Origin: a virus
Taxonomy: Duplodnaviria > Caudoviricetes
Direction: 5' to 3' (one strand)
Virus record (IMG/VR): IMGVR_UViG_2600255075_000001
Span: 1-64,000 of that record
DNA: 64,000 bases
Shown here: positions 1 through 9,959 of the stretch, piece after piece
Numbering within the stretch: position 1 is the first letter of the stretch
How the letters are laid out: the number at the start of each line of letters is the position of its first letter
Position numbers and translations under genes: made by a program
The notes under the pieces: model-generated
The model's input: only the letters and a program-made list of their open reading frames with translations
The model's database searches: none
What the model was told of the DNA's origin: nothing

Positions 1-165
1 TTATAACTTCATCATCCTTGCATAGTTGTTGTACCTCACCAATCTATCTTTATCTAGTTTTGGATGATTCCAAATTTTAACCACATGATATCCTCTATTG
101 ATATTATCCATAATTGCTTTATTTAGTTGAGCTTCGGTATATCTACTCATTGTGATTGGACCCAT
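1..165 (-). CDS. Small hypothetical protein (54 aa, MGPITMSRYTEAQL...)
   Basis: Not in ORF track; AAAGGAG RBS upstream of ATG at 165, TAA at 1-3. Confidence 0.6.
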   Translation of the reverse strand: MGPITMSRYTEAQLNKAIMDNINRGYHVVKIWNHPKLDKDRLVRYNNYARMMKL

Positions 166-262
166 ATAGTCTCTCCTTTACTGTTATATGAAATTGATAT
201 TTTATTGCTTCATTGGCTTTGTATAATTGAGTATTAGCGAGCATTAAGCAGTACTAGCGAGT

Positions 263-3200
263 TCATTTTTTGATTTTACAACTCACTAGCCATTCATCGA
301 ATTGGTCTGCTGATTTTACCCACTTTCCATCAACCAACTTGCTTTTTGGCCTCATTTCAGTTTGCGATAGGTGTAAAAGGTCGCCAATTTTAAAATTATC
401 ATTACCGTTGCTGTAGAACTTCTTTTTATCTACTTTAATTTGTTTTTCAATACCCCTCATAAGATCGTATATTGTTAATCTTGGAGTATATTTCTTATCC
501 ATATCTACAATACAATACCAGTCTATTGCATTTGGATATCTAATACCTGCATATCCCATTAACTCTTTTTCATAAAGAACAGTTTCGTGGATTGGATATC
601 TTTTTTCCTTAAGACTACTTCTTATCTCCGCCTCTCTTTTCTTTTTCATATTTAATCTTTTTAGTTTAGTTATATCTTTCAAAGTTTTCTTGTAAGCGTC
701 TTTCCCTCCGACAAACTCATCATATATACTAATGAGTTCTTTGTTTTCACCAAATTCCTTGAAAAAATTGAGTCGTATTAATATTTGTAATTGCCTTGAG
801 TCGCACGTTGTATTCTCAAGGATATCTACCAGTAGATCACAAAAAGATTCATATGTATTATCTCTTAATTCATAAAGTTCCTTGGCTATTTGTTCATTGA
901 GATACTTGATTGACTTAATGCCTTTATAAATTGCATTTTCTTCTTTTGCCATCATATATTCGCTTACAGATTTTCTAAACATAATTGGTTTAATACTTAC
1001 TCCTATGCTATTTGCATATTCAGCAATTTTACCCACCTTGTCTAGATTCTCTGCAATATTCAGCATTACAGTTAGAAATTCTAAAGAATAGTAATGTCTT
1101 AAATAGCCGTTTCCATATCCAATATGACTATATGGGTTAGAGTGATTATCTGAAAACCCGTAATACTGAGCATCCAATATTACCTGTAAGAAAGGCTCAA
1201 TGATTGCTTTTGAATGTTCTTCATCTTCAGAAAATTTTTCTCTCATGTTACTGACGAACCGATCTCGAATTAATGGGATGTACTGTTCAGTTCCTTCCTT
1301 TTTCGAAAGTCCTCGACGTACAGTATCGCTTTCAGCCATAGAGTAACCACAAAAATCAACCAAGAAGTTCATGATTTGCTCTTGGCTAATTAGATAGCCA
1401 TGAGTATTATTTAATGAGTTGTTGAGTTCTTTGTGTCCATGATCTTTAAAGATACCGGCAGCTAGACTTTCTCTATAGGACGATCCAGAAGGACGAATTG
1501 CACCGTTACCGATTGAGAAGAGCTCAATTAAACTGATTTCAGGATTAACTTCTCTAATCTTCTTTATTGTCTCTTGTTTGAACAGTTCTTTGTAATAACG
1601 GTGTGCCGATTCGCTCTCCCACTGAAATATGCCTAACCCCGAATCTTTCATGGATTCCCATACTACCTCGTCATTCACATTCATATTGTCAGGAACCAAA
1701 CGTTCAATACCTGCAAGCCTACAAGTCTCATTAATAATCTCAATGTTGTCTAAGCCGAGTATATCCAGCTTCACAAAATTGCAGCTATCCAGCTCTTTCA
1801 TGTTTACTTGGCTCACAGGATACTTGCTTTCTTTTGTATAGCATAGACCAATTGAATCATCTAAGTTCACTGGTGAAACTACATATCCCGAAGGGTGGGA
1901 GCCCACACTTATGATTACTCCACTTACCAAATCTACATATTTAAATAGTTCAGGATATTTTTTTCTGTAGCTATCAGGTATACAATCTTTCTTTTCTTCA
2001 TCTTTAAAGACGGCTTTTGCAGTTTCGTCAACCAATGAAGCGTCTAACTGAAGTGCGCGGCCAACCTCTCTAATTGCCCCCTTTAAAGCAACGGTGTTGA
2101 ATGTGATAATTTCAGAAAAGTGAATGTTTGGAATGCTTGCTACATAATCAATAACTTCTTGTCTTCGCGAAGGTGGAAAATCGATATCTATATCTGCAAG
2201 ACTTATTCGTTCAGGATTCAAAAACCGGAAAAAATTTAATTTATGCTTTATGCTATCCATTTCGGTAATTCTCAATAAATAAGCAATTAAGCTTCCATTA
2301 ACTGAGCCTCGACCATATCCTGGATAAATCTCTTTGGTATAACAGTAGTCGATAATATTTTTCTGCAAAAGCATGTAGTCAATCGTTCCCAATTTCTTAT
2401 ATGTATCAAACTCTTCCCTAACTCTCTCGTAGTATCTCTTTTTCTGTTCGGAAGGCAGTTTATTAGTGCCTCTCGCGACAATCCCTTCGTTTATTTTCTC
2501 TTTAAAGACTTTTTCAGAGTCTTCGTATAGCTTTGGATATTTCGGGCTAGAGTCAAGGGTAAACTCTTCAACCATATCTGCCATTACGTTTGTGTTATGA
2601 ATAGCTTCTAAATAAGCATGACGAGGAATAGCAGACTGTTCTTCAAATTTATCAACCAGTTCTTCATAACTTTTAAAAGTTAAATCAAATAAATCCTCAT
2701 CGCCGTATGTTGCTCCCTTAGCTTTCATCATTATCTTTCTGGCTGCTGCATGATCTTGGTTCAATGAGTGTGTATCAGTTCCAGCAATGAGAGGTATACC
2801 GGTTGATTTTGAAAAATCAAAAAGCCATTGATTGAATTTTATTTGTTCTGGATGTAAGTGGTATTGAATTTCTAAAAAAACCCTATGTTTGTTTCTTGTT
2901 AAAAACTCTAAGAGTTTATTAAGCATCGCTGCGTTGTTCTTTTGTAAAGCTCTCCATAGTGGGGACGCTAGGCAGGCAGTTGTCATAATTATATTGTCTG
3001 ATGTATTGATCACTTCATCTAATGACAGTCTAGGGTTAAAGTAATAATGACCATCTTTACGATTGTTAGATAACGTTGTTAGTTTATTTAATTCTTTCAC
3101 TCCATACTCATTCTTTGCAATAAGCATGTAGTGCATATTGTCTCGGATTAAACCTTTTTCTCTATCTATGTATTCGGTGACGTAAATCTCATTGGCATGT

Positions 3201-3430
3201 ATGTATTTCATACCGTATTTTTCGACAGTCTGTTTTTTCTTGATCCAATTCATAATCGATCCGTGTTCTGAAAAGCAGAAAGAATTCATTTCTAATTCGT
3301 TTGCCACTTTTAAATACTGTTCAAACTTAGTTGTAGAATCCATTGACATACTCGTTGTCGGATTACTTAGATCGCTGTGGCAATGGTAGACCGTATAATT
3401 ATCTCTCAGCAATATCGCCTCCTTAATCAT
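263..3430 (-). CDS. dnaE: DNA polymerase III alpha subunit (DnaE, SPbeta YorL-like)
   Basis: N-terminal PHP domain (HCHSD, SEHG, GTDTH), GRGS motif, catalytic DIDIDF, KLDILGL. True start probably TTG at 3412 behind AAGGAGG. Confidence 0.95.
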   Translation of the reverse strand: MIKEAILLRDNYTVYHCHSDLSNPTTSMSMDSTTKFEQYLKVANELEMNSFCFSEHGSIMNWIKKKQTVEKYGMKYIHANEIYVTEYIDREKGLIRDNMHYMLIAKNEYGVKELNKLTTLSNNRKDGHYYFNPRLSLDEVINTSDNIIMTTACLASPLWRALQKNNAAMLNKLLEFLTRNKHRVFLEIQYHLHPEQIKFNQWLFDFSKSTGIPLIAGTDTHSLNQDHAAARKIMMKAKGATYGDEDLFDLTFKSYEELVDKFEEQSAIPRHAYLEAIHNTNVMADMVEEFTLDSSPKYPKLYEDSEKVFKEKINEGIVARGTNKLPSEQKKRYYERVREEFDTYKKLGTIDYMLLQKNIIDYCYTKEIYPGYGRGSVNGSLIAYLLRITEMDSIKHKLNFFRFLNPERISLADIDIDFPPSRRQEVIDYVASIPNIHFSEIITFNTVALKGAIREVGRALQLDASLVDETAKAVFKDEEKKDCIPDSYRKKYPELFKYVDLVSGVIISVGSHPSGYVVSPVNLDDSIGLCYTKESKYPVSQVNMKELDSCNFVKLDILGLDNIEIINETCRLAGIERLVPDNMNVNDEVVWESMKDSGLGIFQWESESAHRYYKELFKQETIKKIREVNPEISLIELFSIGNGAIRPSGSSYRESLAAGIFKDHGHKELNNSLNNTHGYLISQEQIMNFLVDFCGYSMAESDTVRRGLSKKEGTEQYIPLIRDRFVSNMREKFSEDEEHSKAIIEPFLQVILDAQYYGFSDNHSNPYSHIGYGNGYLRHYYSLEFLTVMLNIAENLDKVGKIAEYANSIGVSIKPIMFRKSVSEYMMAKEENAIYKGIKSIKYLNEQIAKELYELRDNTYESFCDLLVDILENTTCDSRQLQILIRLNFFKEFGENKELISIYDEFVGGKDAYKKTLKDITKLKRLNMKKKREAEIRSSLKEKRYPIHETVLYEKELMGYAGIRYPNAIDWYCIVDMDKKYTPRLTIYDLMRGIEKQIKVDKKKFYSNGNDNFKIGDLLHLSQTEMRPKSKLVDGKWVKSADQFDEWLVSCKIKK

Positions 3431-3459
3431 ATATTATCACATTCTTTTATTTTATTCAA
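3431..3459 (-). promoter_or_regulatory. SigA-type promoter for dnaE
   Basis: TTGAAT-N17-TAATAT with TGn extension on the minus strand. Confidence 0.6.
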
Positions 3460-3545
3460 CTGAATTTCATTTGTCTGTTTCTCTAATTTAACCTTTACAT
3501 TATTACCAATATATAGTACATTCAATACGGTTCAATAATCATCTC

Positions 3546-3575
3546 AAAAGCCCTGTGAAATGTACTCACAGGGCT
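3546..3575 (-). terminator. Intrinsic terminator
   Basis: 10-bp stem agccctgtga/tcacagggct followed by a short T-run on the minus strand. Confidence 0.7.
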
Positions 3576-3752
3576 CCCCTATTTCCTATAAAAACATAGT
3601 TTTATCGTCTAAATTTTTCATCGTCCTGTTGTAAAATCCTGTATTTTGCATGATGAACTTCTCTTTTTTCATCATGATAAAACTTTGACCTGTTGTGATA
3701 TCCTACCCAATATAAATGGTACATCTTTTTAATTCTAACTAATAAATCATTA

Positions 3753-4124
3753 TTAAAAACCTTCAACAAAGCCTCCTGTAGCTAAGTTGTATTCGGGCAT
3801 TGGTGAATTATAGACTTTAACTTCACCTGGATTATATCTATGGAGTATTTGACGCATGTTATCGCGCCCAACAGGGTTTGATGTATGCAAGAATATTGCT
3901 TCAGGTAAAGCTGAATAATCGCCTAAAACCCACTTCTCAACCAACCACTTGCAAAAATCATACCCTGTGAGAGTATAATTTCCTTCAACCCCTCCCAAAT
4001 CATGGTCTAAGGAAAGCCTGCGTATATTATTAGATTCGCAAATTGAGACAGCTTCTTCAACAGTCCTAGCGATATGGAACCCTTTAGGGCAAGGTCTCAA
4101 ATCGTCCAAGAATAAATCAATCAT
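3753..4124 (-). CDS. Cyclic-phosphate-processing receiver-like domain protein
   Basis: LFLDDLRPCP, LSLDHDLG, TGYDF and HTSNPVG motifs typical of this family. Confidence 0.75.
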   Translation of the reverse strand: MIDLFLDDLRPCPKGFHIARTVEEAVSICESNNIRRLSLDHDLGGVEGNYTLTGYDFCKWLVEKWVLGDYSALPEAIFLHTSNPVGRDNMRQILHRYNPGEVKVYNSPMPEYNLATGGFVEGF

Positions 4125-4138
4125 ATTTCCACCCCAAA

Positions 4139-4585
4139 TTATTCGAATTTATATAGAGTCGCATCATAATCTATAAAAACTTCTTCAATAATTTGCTCTA
4201 CTATATCCCAATCTCCACCGGCTAAACCGCAACCAATATTGTACGGTAGAGCAATAGACTGATTCGACTTCATCGCCAAAGACTTTAATTCATTTAATGC
4301 ACCACGCAATGCAATATAGTCTGTATGTCTTTTTTGAACTCCATATCCGTATTGTCCAAACAAATTAGCAATGTATTTTTCACATTGCGTTGATACAATT
4401 TGACAACGACCCAATAACTCTCCTTTGTTACCGCACGATAGTTTATATTGTTTAAAAGCTTCTGGGTAGTCGCGCTTAATTAATTTAGCTAGTCCTGCTC
4501 CCATAACCCCCATACAATTTACCTGATGACCAATAATATCCTCGTTGGCCTCCATTAAATTACCTTGAACAATTTTTACACCCAC
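4139..4585 (-). CDS. Macro domain protein (ADP-ribose processing, Poa1p-like)
   Basis: GNL..., HQVNCMGVMGAGLA, IANLFGQ, PYNIGCGLAGGDW motifs. Confidence 0.9.
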   Translation of the reverse strand: MGVKIVQGNLMEANEDIIGHQVNCMGVMGAGLAKLIKRDYPEAFKQYKLSCGNKGELLGRCQIVSTQCEKYIANLFGQYGYGVQKRHTDYIALRGALNELKSLAMKSNQSIALPYNIGCGLAGGDWDIVEQIIEEVFIDYDATLYKFE

Positions 4586-4586
4586 G

Positions 4587-4931
4587 TTAACTCTCCTCTC
4601 GCAAGTCAGCTTTAATCACCTCTGCAAAATCGATAAATTCGAAGCCATCAACCAGCTCGATCTTAAAATTTTGCCTATATGGATTAATTGATGTAACAAC
4701 GCCGATTAAATCCTGAAACTCATACTCCCCATATATCGTTACACATATTTCAGTTTTTCTCTTAAAGGAAATGCTGATATTCTCCATTACTATCTGCAGC
4801 TCATCTTCATGAAGCTCCGGCTTTCCCTTTAACCCAATTTCTTTTATTTGCTGGTTTATCGCCTCTTTATGTTGTGGTAACATCATACGACTACTCTCCC
4901 AACGCCCATTTCCACTTAGTTTTATGCTCAT
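4587..4931 (-). CDS. yolD: YolD-like protein
   Basis: WESSRMMLPQHKE and KPELHEDELQ motifs; overlaps the stop of the Y-family polymerase gene. Confidence 0.85.
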   Translation of the reverse strand: MSIKLSGNGRWESSRMMLPQHKEAINQQIKEIGLKGKPELHEDELQIVMENISISFKRKTEICVTIYGEYEFQDLIGVVTSINPYRQNFKIELVDGFEFIDFAEVIKADLREES

Positions 4932-6172
4932 CTATAATGACCTCCGATCTTAGCCGCCCTATCTTTGGCTTGACCAGCAGAAGTTACAGAGCTTGCTCTC
5001 AGAATTGCTAATTCCCCAAATTTATCTTTGATACTATCCATCACACTATCTAATGTTCTCTTTTTTTCACAGTCATCAAACAGCGATAGCTGATAAGTGT
5101 TAGCGTCAGAAAGATCTGATAGTGATACACTTAATTTCCTGACTGGTTGCCGATCCCAATGAGTATAAAATATCCTTTTGACAACACTGTAAATATCGCC
5201 AGAAACATTAGTAGGATCGGGCATTTTCATTTGTCTGTGGAAGCCAGTCGGATGATCCCAGTCGGCACCCATGCAACCAACCGAAACAACAGACCCCATT
5301 AGATTCTTATTCCTAGCTCGTTTAGTCACTTCGTTCGTTATGTCCAACAAAACGACTTCTATCTCCCAGGGTTCGCAATAGTCACGCGGAAGAGTCATTC
5401 CGTTACCAATTACCTTTTGAGACATGTGAGTGCTCGGTGTAACCGGGGAGTCATCCATTCCATTTGCTGTCATCCAAATGAGTTGACCGTTTACTCCCCA
5501 TCTTTTAGTGAGTCTAGGTAACGGTGTATTGGCAAGGTCGCCAATTGTTTTTATACCCATTCTGAGTAGATGTTTCTCCATTCTCGATCCAATTCCCCAC
5601 ATATCTCTAATTGGCATATCCCATATGTATTTATAAAGTTCATTCTTACGCAAAATAAAAATTCCATCATTGTTTTTCTTGGCAATCATGTCACAGCATA
5701 GCTTTGATAACGTTTTGTTTTCTCCAATACCAGCTCTCGCATGTACACCGGTTTCGATTCTAATTTTGCGTTGAATTTCTTTAGCCATTTCTTCGGGTGT
5801 GTTAGCGAATAGATGCATTGTATTTGTGCAATCAATAAAAATTTCGTCAATACTGTAAGGTTCAACTAGATCACTGTATTGCTGAAGTATGTTAGAAATC
5901 TGCATTGACACTGCTATGTATGTTTCCATATGAGGACGAATGACAACTAGCCCAGGACACTTTCTTAACGCATCGCCCAAGGTCTCTGCATTTTTAACAC
6001 CATACTGTTTAGCTAATGGGCAAGCTGCCAATACAACCCCAGACCTTCTTGATGGATCTCCAGCAACAACAATTGGTTTGTTTGTCAGCGTAGGATCTTT
6101 GGCTTTCTCTACGCTGGCGTAAAATGATTGCATATCGAAAAGCATTATAATGGATTTCGTCTTAGAAGTCAT
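4928..6172 (-). CDS. uvrX: Y-family DNA polymerase (UvrX/YqjW-like Pol IV)
   Basis: DMQSFYASVE, YSIDE, MWGIGSRM motifs; C-terminal QLSLF clamp-binding motif. Confidence 0.93.
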   Translation of the reverse strand: MTSKTKSIIMLFDMQSFYASVEKAKDPTLTNKPIVVAGDPSRRSGVVLAACPLAKQYGVKNAETLGDALRKCPGLVVIRPHMETYIAVSMQISNILQQYSDLVEPYSIDEIFIDCTNTMHLFANTPEEMAKEIQRKIRIETGVHARAGIGENKTLSKLCCDMIAKKNNDGIFILRKNELYKYIWDMPIRDMWGIGSRMEKHLLRMGIKTIGDLANTPLPRLTKRWGVNGQLIWMTANGMDDSPVTPSTHMSQKVIGNGMTLPRDYCEPWEIEVVLLDITNEVTKRARNKNLMGSVVSVGCMGADWDHPTGFHRQMKMPDPTNVSGDIYSVVKRIFYTHWDRQPVRKLSVSLSDLSDANTYQLSLFDDCEKKRTLDSVMDSIKDKFGELAILRASSVTSAGQAKDRAAKIGGHYR

Positions 6173-6191
6173 TTTGCTCCTCCTTTATATG

Positions 6192-6236
6192 CGAACGTGC
6201 GTTTGTATTATTCATTATACACCAAACACATGTTCG
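6192..6236 (-). promoter_or_regulatory. Two LexA(DinR) SOS boxes flanking a TATAAT -10
   Basis: CGAACGTGCGTTTG (6192-6205) and CAAACACATGTTCG (6223-6236), near-matches to the Firmicute GAAC-N4-GTTC box, upstream of uvrX. Confidence 0.8.
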
Positions 6237-6284
6237 TTAATCAAGAGGTAATTCGTTCCTTAGAAAAAAATTTTTATTTAGGGG

Positions 6285-6497
6285 TTGGATTTTTTCTCTC
6301 TCATCGCTTTGTACATTGAAGGAGATGAGAATCGGATGAAAAAAATAAAGCAATTGGCATTATGGATATTAATTAACAAGGAGGGTATTGCAGACATTAC
6401 CTTAGAGCTACTGAAAAATCCTGCGATTGACGAGTTTATTATGGCTGCGCTAAAATTCTTCATTTTGAAAAAATCTGCAGACAATCGAAAAAATTAA
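6285..6497 (+). CDS. Small hypothetical protein, divergent from uvrX (likely start MKKIKQL)
   Basis: GAAGGAG RBS before an internal ATG; hairpin ggagtcc/ggactcc plus T-rich tail at about 6547-6575. Confidence 0.5.
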   Translation: MDFFSLIALYIEGDENRMKKIKQLALWILINKEGIADITLELLKNPAIDEFIMAALKFFILKKSADNRKN

Positions 6498-6599
6498 ACT
6501 TGCGAACAATGTTGACTTGAGACAACAGACAACAATATTAGAGATTGGAGTCCGAATGGACTCCTTTATTCTTTCTTAAAGAGTAATAAAACATGAATT

Positions 6600-6818
6600 T
6601 TATAGTCCAATTATATTTGCCGAATGCTTGTCTGTGCTCAACACTTTAACCAAACCGCTGTCTCTCATCTCGTCCAAAACAGTCTCTGTAAACTTATACT
6701 TCATTTCATTTATTAGATAAATTTGGTTAAATAACGGTTTAATTACTCGCGGCTCTCTACCGCAGTAACATCTACTTATGAAGGCTGCAGAGGCTGGTGA
6801 AATTTTATACTCACTCAT
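6600..6818 (-). CDS. Hypothetical protein (72 aa, MSEYKISP...)
   Basis: ATG at 6818 immediately after the thyA stop; its stop overlaps the palindrome at 6586. Confidence 0.6.
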   Translation of the reverse strand: MSEYKISPASAAFISRCYCGREPRVIKPLFNQIYLINEMKYKFTETVLDEMRDSGLVKVLSTDKHSANIIGL

Positions 6819-6819
6819 G

Positions 6820-7632
6820 TTAAATTGCCACCGGCGCTTTAATGCCTGGATGGGGATTGTAGTCATCAAGAATAAAATCAAGCATAGAGAAATCATCAAT
6901 CTTCTTAATATTACTGTTTAGATAAACTTTTGGAAGAGATTTTGGCTCTCTAGCCAGTTGTTTATTTACCTGATCTACGTGGTTGCTATATATATGTATG
7001 TCTCCTCCTGAATAAATCAACTCTCCTAATTGTAAACTACATACCTGCGCAATCATCATAGTTAATAAGGCGTATGATGCAATATTAAAAGGTAATCCTA
7101 GAAAATAGTCTGTAGATCGCATTTGAAACATACATGACAACTTACCGTCTGCCACGTAGAACTGGAACGCGTAGTGGCAGGGCGGAAGTGATGCAGAGTC
7201 CAACTCTCCAACATTCCAGGCGCTCACGAGATGCCTCCGTGAATCGGGGTTGCCCTTAATTTGGTTGATTACATTTGCTATCTGGTCAATAGTTCGACCA
7301 TTAGGCGCTTGCCAAGTACGCCACTGAGACCCATACACTCTCCCCAGTTCTCCTGTCTCATCGTCTCCCCACTCATCCCAAATTGTTACACCGTAATTCC
7401 TACTCAACTCAAATTTATTTGTAGATCCAGACAGAAACCATAGGAGTTCGCCCAAAATCGAGCGAAAATGAACACGTTTTGTTGTAAGTAAAGGAAAGCC
7501 TTCATTCAAATCGAAGCGTAGCTGTCTAGCAAAAATAGATTTTGTTCCTGTACCGGTACGATCATTTTTTTCAATTCCATTTACAAGAATGTCTCTTCCT
7601 AGGTTGAGATACACTTTGTCTACATTGTTCAT
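6820..7632 (-). CDS. thyA: Thymidylate synthase
   Basis: [44 protein letters not shown]. Confidence 0.97.
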   Translation of the reverse strand: MNNVDKVYLNLGRDILVNGIEKNDRTGTGTKSIFARQLRFDLNEGFPLLTTKRVHFRSILGELLWFLSGSTNKFELSRNYGVTIWDEWGDDETGELGRVYGSQWRTWQAPNGRTIDQIANVINQIKGNPDSRRHLVSAWNVGELDSASLPPCHYAFQFYVADGKLSCMFQMRSTDYFLGLPFNIASYALLTMMIAQVCSLQLGELIYSGGDIHIYSNHVDQVNKQLAREPKSLPKVYLNSNIKKIDDFSMLDFILDDYNPHPGIKAPVAI

Positions 7633-7698
7633 TATTGTATGCTCCTTGTTAATAAAGTTAAGACGGCAGAATTATCTATCTACCGTCTGTTATTTAAA

Positions 7699-8202
7699 TT
7701 ATTTACTTGACACTTGTTGTCGTTCGATTTCTTTTTTGATCATAGGTTCTGGGCTTACAAAAGTGTCGGACTTAATAATTTTACCGTCTTCCTCACGAAA
7801 CTTGGGAACTCCATTCCAGAGTTTACTCATGTTTGAATTATGAACTGCCTCCACAACTCTGTCAGGCTTAACACCCATCATCACAAATGATCCCTGATTG
7901 AAATATTCTTTGTCACAAAGGGCGTCCACTTGAGCTGAAAGTCTATCTTCAGGAAATTCAGTTTTCAGTAATTGTTCGTATGTATTTTTCATATTGGCGA
8001 GAAGTTTGAGATATAAAAATTGGAATTCTTCGATTGTCTCAGAGCTGGCGTGAAGAAGCTCAAGCGACTCTTCTGCATCCCAAGACATGCGATTTAAAGC
8101 AGTTTCGACATCCATGATAGTTGGTTGCTCTGCTACAGGATGATTGAATGCCTTATGAAATTCTCGCACCATCTGATAATACATGTTTTCGTTAATGTTC
8201 AA
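7699..8202 (-). CDS. MazG-like/PRA-PH nucleotide pyrophosphohydrolase (DR2231-type dUTPase-like)
   Basis: VREFHKAF, DALCD, VHNSNMSKL...GKIIKS motifs; next to thyA and nrd genes. Confidence 0.8.
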   Translation of the reverse strand: MNINENMYYQMVREFHKAFNHPVAEQPTIMDVETALNRMSWDAEESLELLHASSETIEEFQFLYLKLLANMKNTYEQLLKTEFPEDRLSAQVDALCDKEYFNQGSFVMMGVKPDRVVEAVHNSNMSKLWNGVPKFREEDGKIIKSDTFVSPEPMIKKEIERQQVSSK

Positions 8203-8219
8203 ATTGCAATAGCTCCCTT

Positions 8220-8930
8220 TTATATTGATTCACCAAAGTAATCTTTCCACCAATTGCAATAAATTTTTTTATGTCTTATTCTACTGCCTGTGCCCGATGA
8301 TAAGTTGAACTCTCTTTCTATAGATGCATTCGAAACGCCATTCTTAATTTTTTTGACTACTTGAACAAACTGCTGAGGGCTCAATGATTTGTTTCTGTCG
8401 TTTCCATTTGACATCTCGGCATTAATAGAACCGAATTCGCTCCAAAGCTTTTTCCATCGCTTCTTATGTCTGACTAAACTTATGTATCGATCATGTAGAT
8501 TGTATTTTATTGCTAGTTCTCCGTTTGCTAAGCCTTTTATGATGTCATTGATCAAGTTTCTGGCCTGAGAATTTGTAAGCTTACTCATGCTATTTTCTTC
8601 GCCACAAAGTGGAACCATTAATCCATGATCAAAAGCATGACGTGTATTTTCCTTATATGTAACTATTTCAAGGTTGTCAACGTGGTTATTGGTTTTGTTT
8701 CCGTCCTTATGGTTCACAACCATACCCTTAGGGATTGGATCGATAAAGTATTGTGCTACGAGCCTATGTGTAAGATAGGTTTTGCTATTATAACTGACAA
8801 AGTAGTATCCCGAAGTCCCCATGTATTGAATTTTTTCTGCATTGGTTTTTAGCGACTTTATTCTTCCCTTATTGGAAATCATCCAAGGGCATTTGTCTAC
8901 TTTCTTTAATATCTCTCCATCTTTTAACAC
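8220..8930 (-). CDS. Free-standing HNH homing endonuclease (NUMOD4-HNH type)
   Basis: ISNKGRIKS, HRLVAQYF, VNHKDGNKTNNHVDNLE..T..EN..H; two repeated helical DNA-binding-like modules at the C-terminus. Confidence 0.9.
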   Translation of the reverse strand: MLKDGEILKKVDKCPWMISNKGRIKSLKTNAEKIQYMGTSGYYFVSYNSKTYLTHRLVAQYFIDPIPKGMVVNHKDGNKTNNHVDNLEIVTYKENTRHAFDHGLMVPLCGEENSMSKLTNSQARNLINDIIKGLANGELAIKYNLHDRYISLVRHKKRWKKLWSEFGSINAEMSNGNDRNKSLSPQQFVQVVKKIKNGVSNASIEREFNLSSGTGSRIRHKKIYCNWWKDYFGESI

Positions 8931-8956
8931 AAAACGATTTAGTTTGGCCGTATTAA

Positions 8957-9934
8957 TTATTTATAATATCCTTTCATGAGTTCGTTTAAATATTCAAAAT
9001 CACCATTTCTAATTGGCTCGACCTTAGCTTTCACATAGCTTCCGCCTTTAAGCGAAAAGAAATCGAAGGTTCCCCCGGATGAGAGTCCATTTAGAACAAT
9101 CTGATCGATTTCTTCTGCCGGAAAATAAGGTTCATAACCTAAATTCATTAAAGCTTTATTTGCATTATGTCTAACGAACTTTTTTACTTCCGAAGCAATA
9201 CCGATATCATCATAAATATCTTCAGAGTATCTGCACTCAATTTCATAAAGCTCATTAAGTAGGACATGTATGGATTCATCGATTCGCTTCTTATCTGTTT
9301 TTGTTAACTTTGATTTTATTTTTTGAAAAAGTAAACCCACAAATACACCATGAATAGCCTCATCGCGGGTAATAAGAAAAATTATCTCGCCTGAATTTTT
9401 TAACTTGCCCTGCCCTGCCAAATATAGCGGATAATAAAAACCGCTATAAAACAAAAACGATTCAAGAAATACTGAAGCAATCAACGCTTTTGCCAATGTG
9501 TAGTCATCTTTGATGTCTTCATAAATAGAATCTATTTTCATTGCTTTTGCCTGCAGCCATTTGTTTTCTTCTGCCCATTTAAAAGCATCATCAATCTGCT
9601 TCTTTGTTGCCAGAGTTGTGAAAATGGTGCTGTAGCTCTTTGCGTGAACTTGTTCCATTGCGGCCATAAAAGCAAGTACCGCCTTCTCTTGCAAATCATC
9701 AACATGTTGCAATACTTTCGGCATACCCACTCCCCCCTGCTCAGTATCAAGCAGGGTGAGTCCAGCAAGAACTTTCATATAAACTTCTTGTTCCGTATTG
9801 GTTAAGGACTCCCACACTTTTTTATCTTTGCTTACAGGAATCTCCGTGTCCAACCAGAATTGCTTTGTGTTTTGCTCCCAAAATATATTCGCATAATCAC
9901 TTGTTTGTTCATTCCAATTTACTGGCTTAATCAA
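8957..9934 (-). CDS. nrdF: Ribonucleotide reductase class Ib beta subunit
   Basis: LDTEQ, EQVHAKSYS, FLESFLFYSGF, RDEAIHG. Confidence 0.96.
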   Translation of the reverse strand: MIKPVNWNEQTSDYANIFWEQNTKQFWLDTEIPVSKDKKVWESLTNTEQEVYMKVLAGLTLLDTEQGGVGMPKVLQHVDDLQEKAVLAFMAAMEQVHAKSYSTIFTTLATKKQIDDAFKWAEENKWLQAKAMKIDSIYEDIKDDYTLAKALIASVFLESFLFYSGFYYPLYLAGQGKLKNSGEIIFLITRDEAIHGVFVGLLFQKIKSKLTKTDKKRIDESIHVLLNELYEIECRYSEDIYDDIGIASEVKKFVRHNANKALMNLGYEPYFPAEEIDQIVLNGLSSGGTFDFFSLKGGSYVKAKVEPIRNGDFEYLNELMKGYYK

Positions 9935-9959
9935 TTAATCACCCATTCTTTCATTTTGA

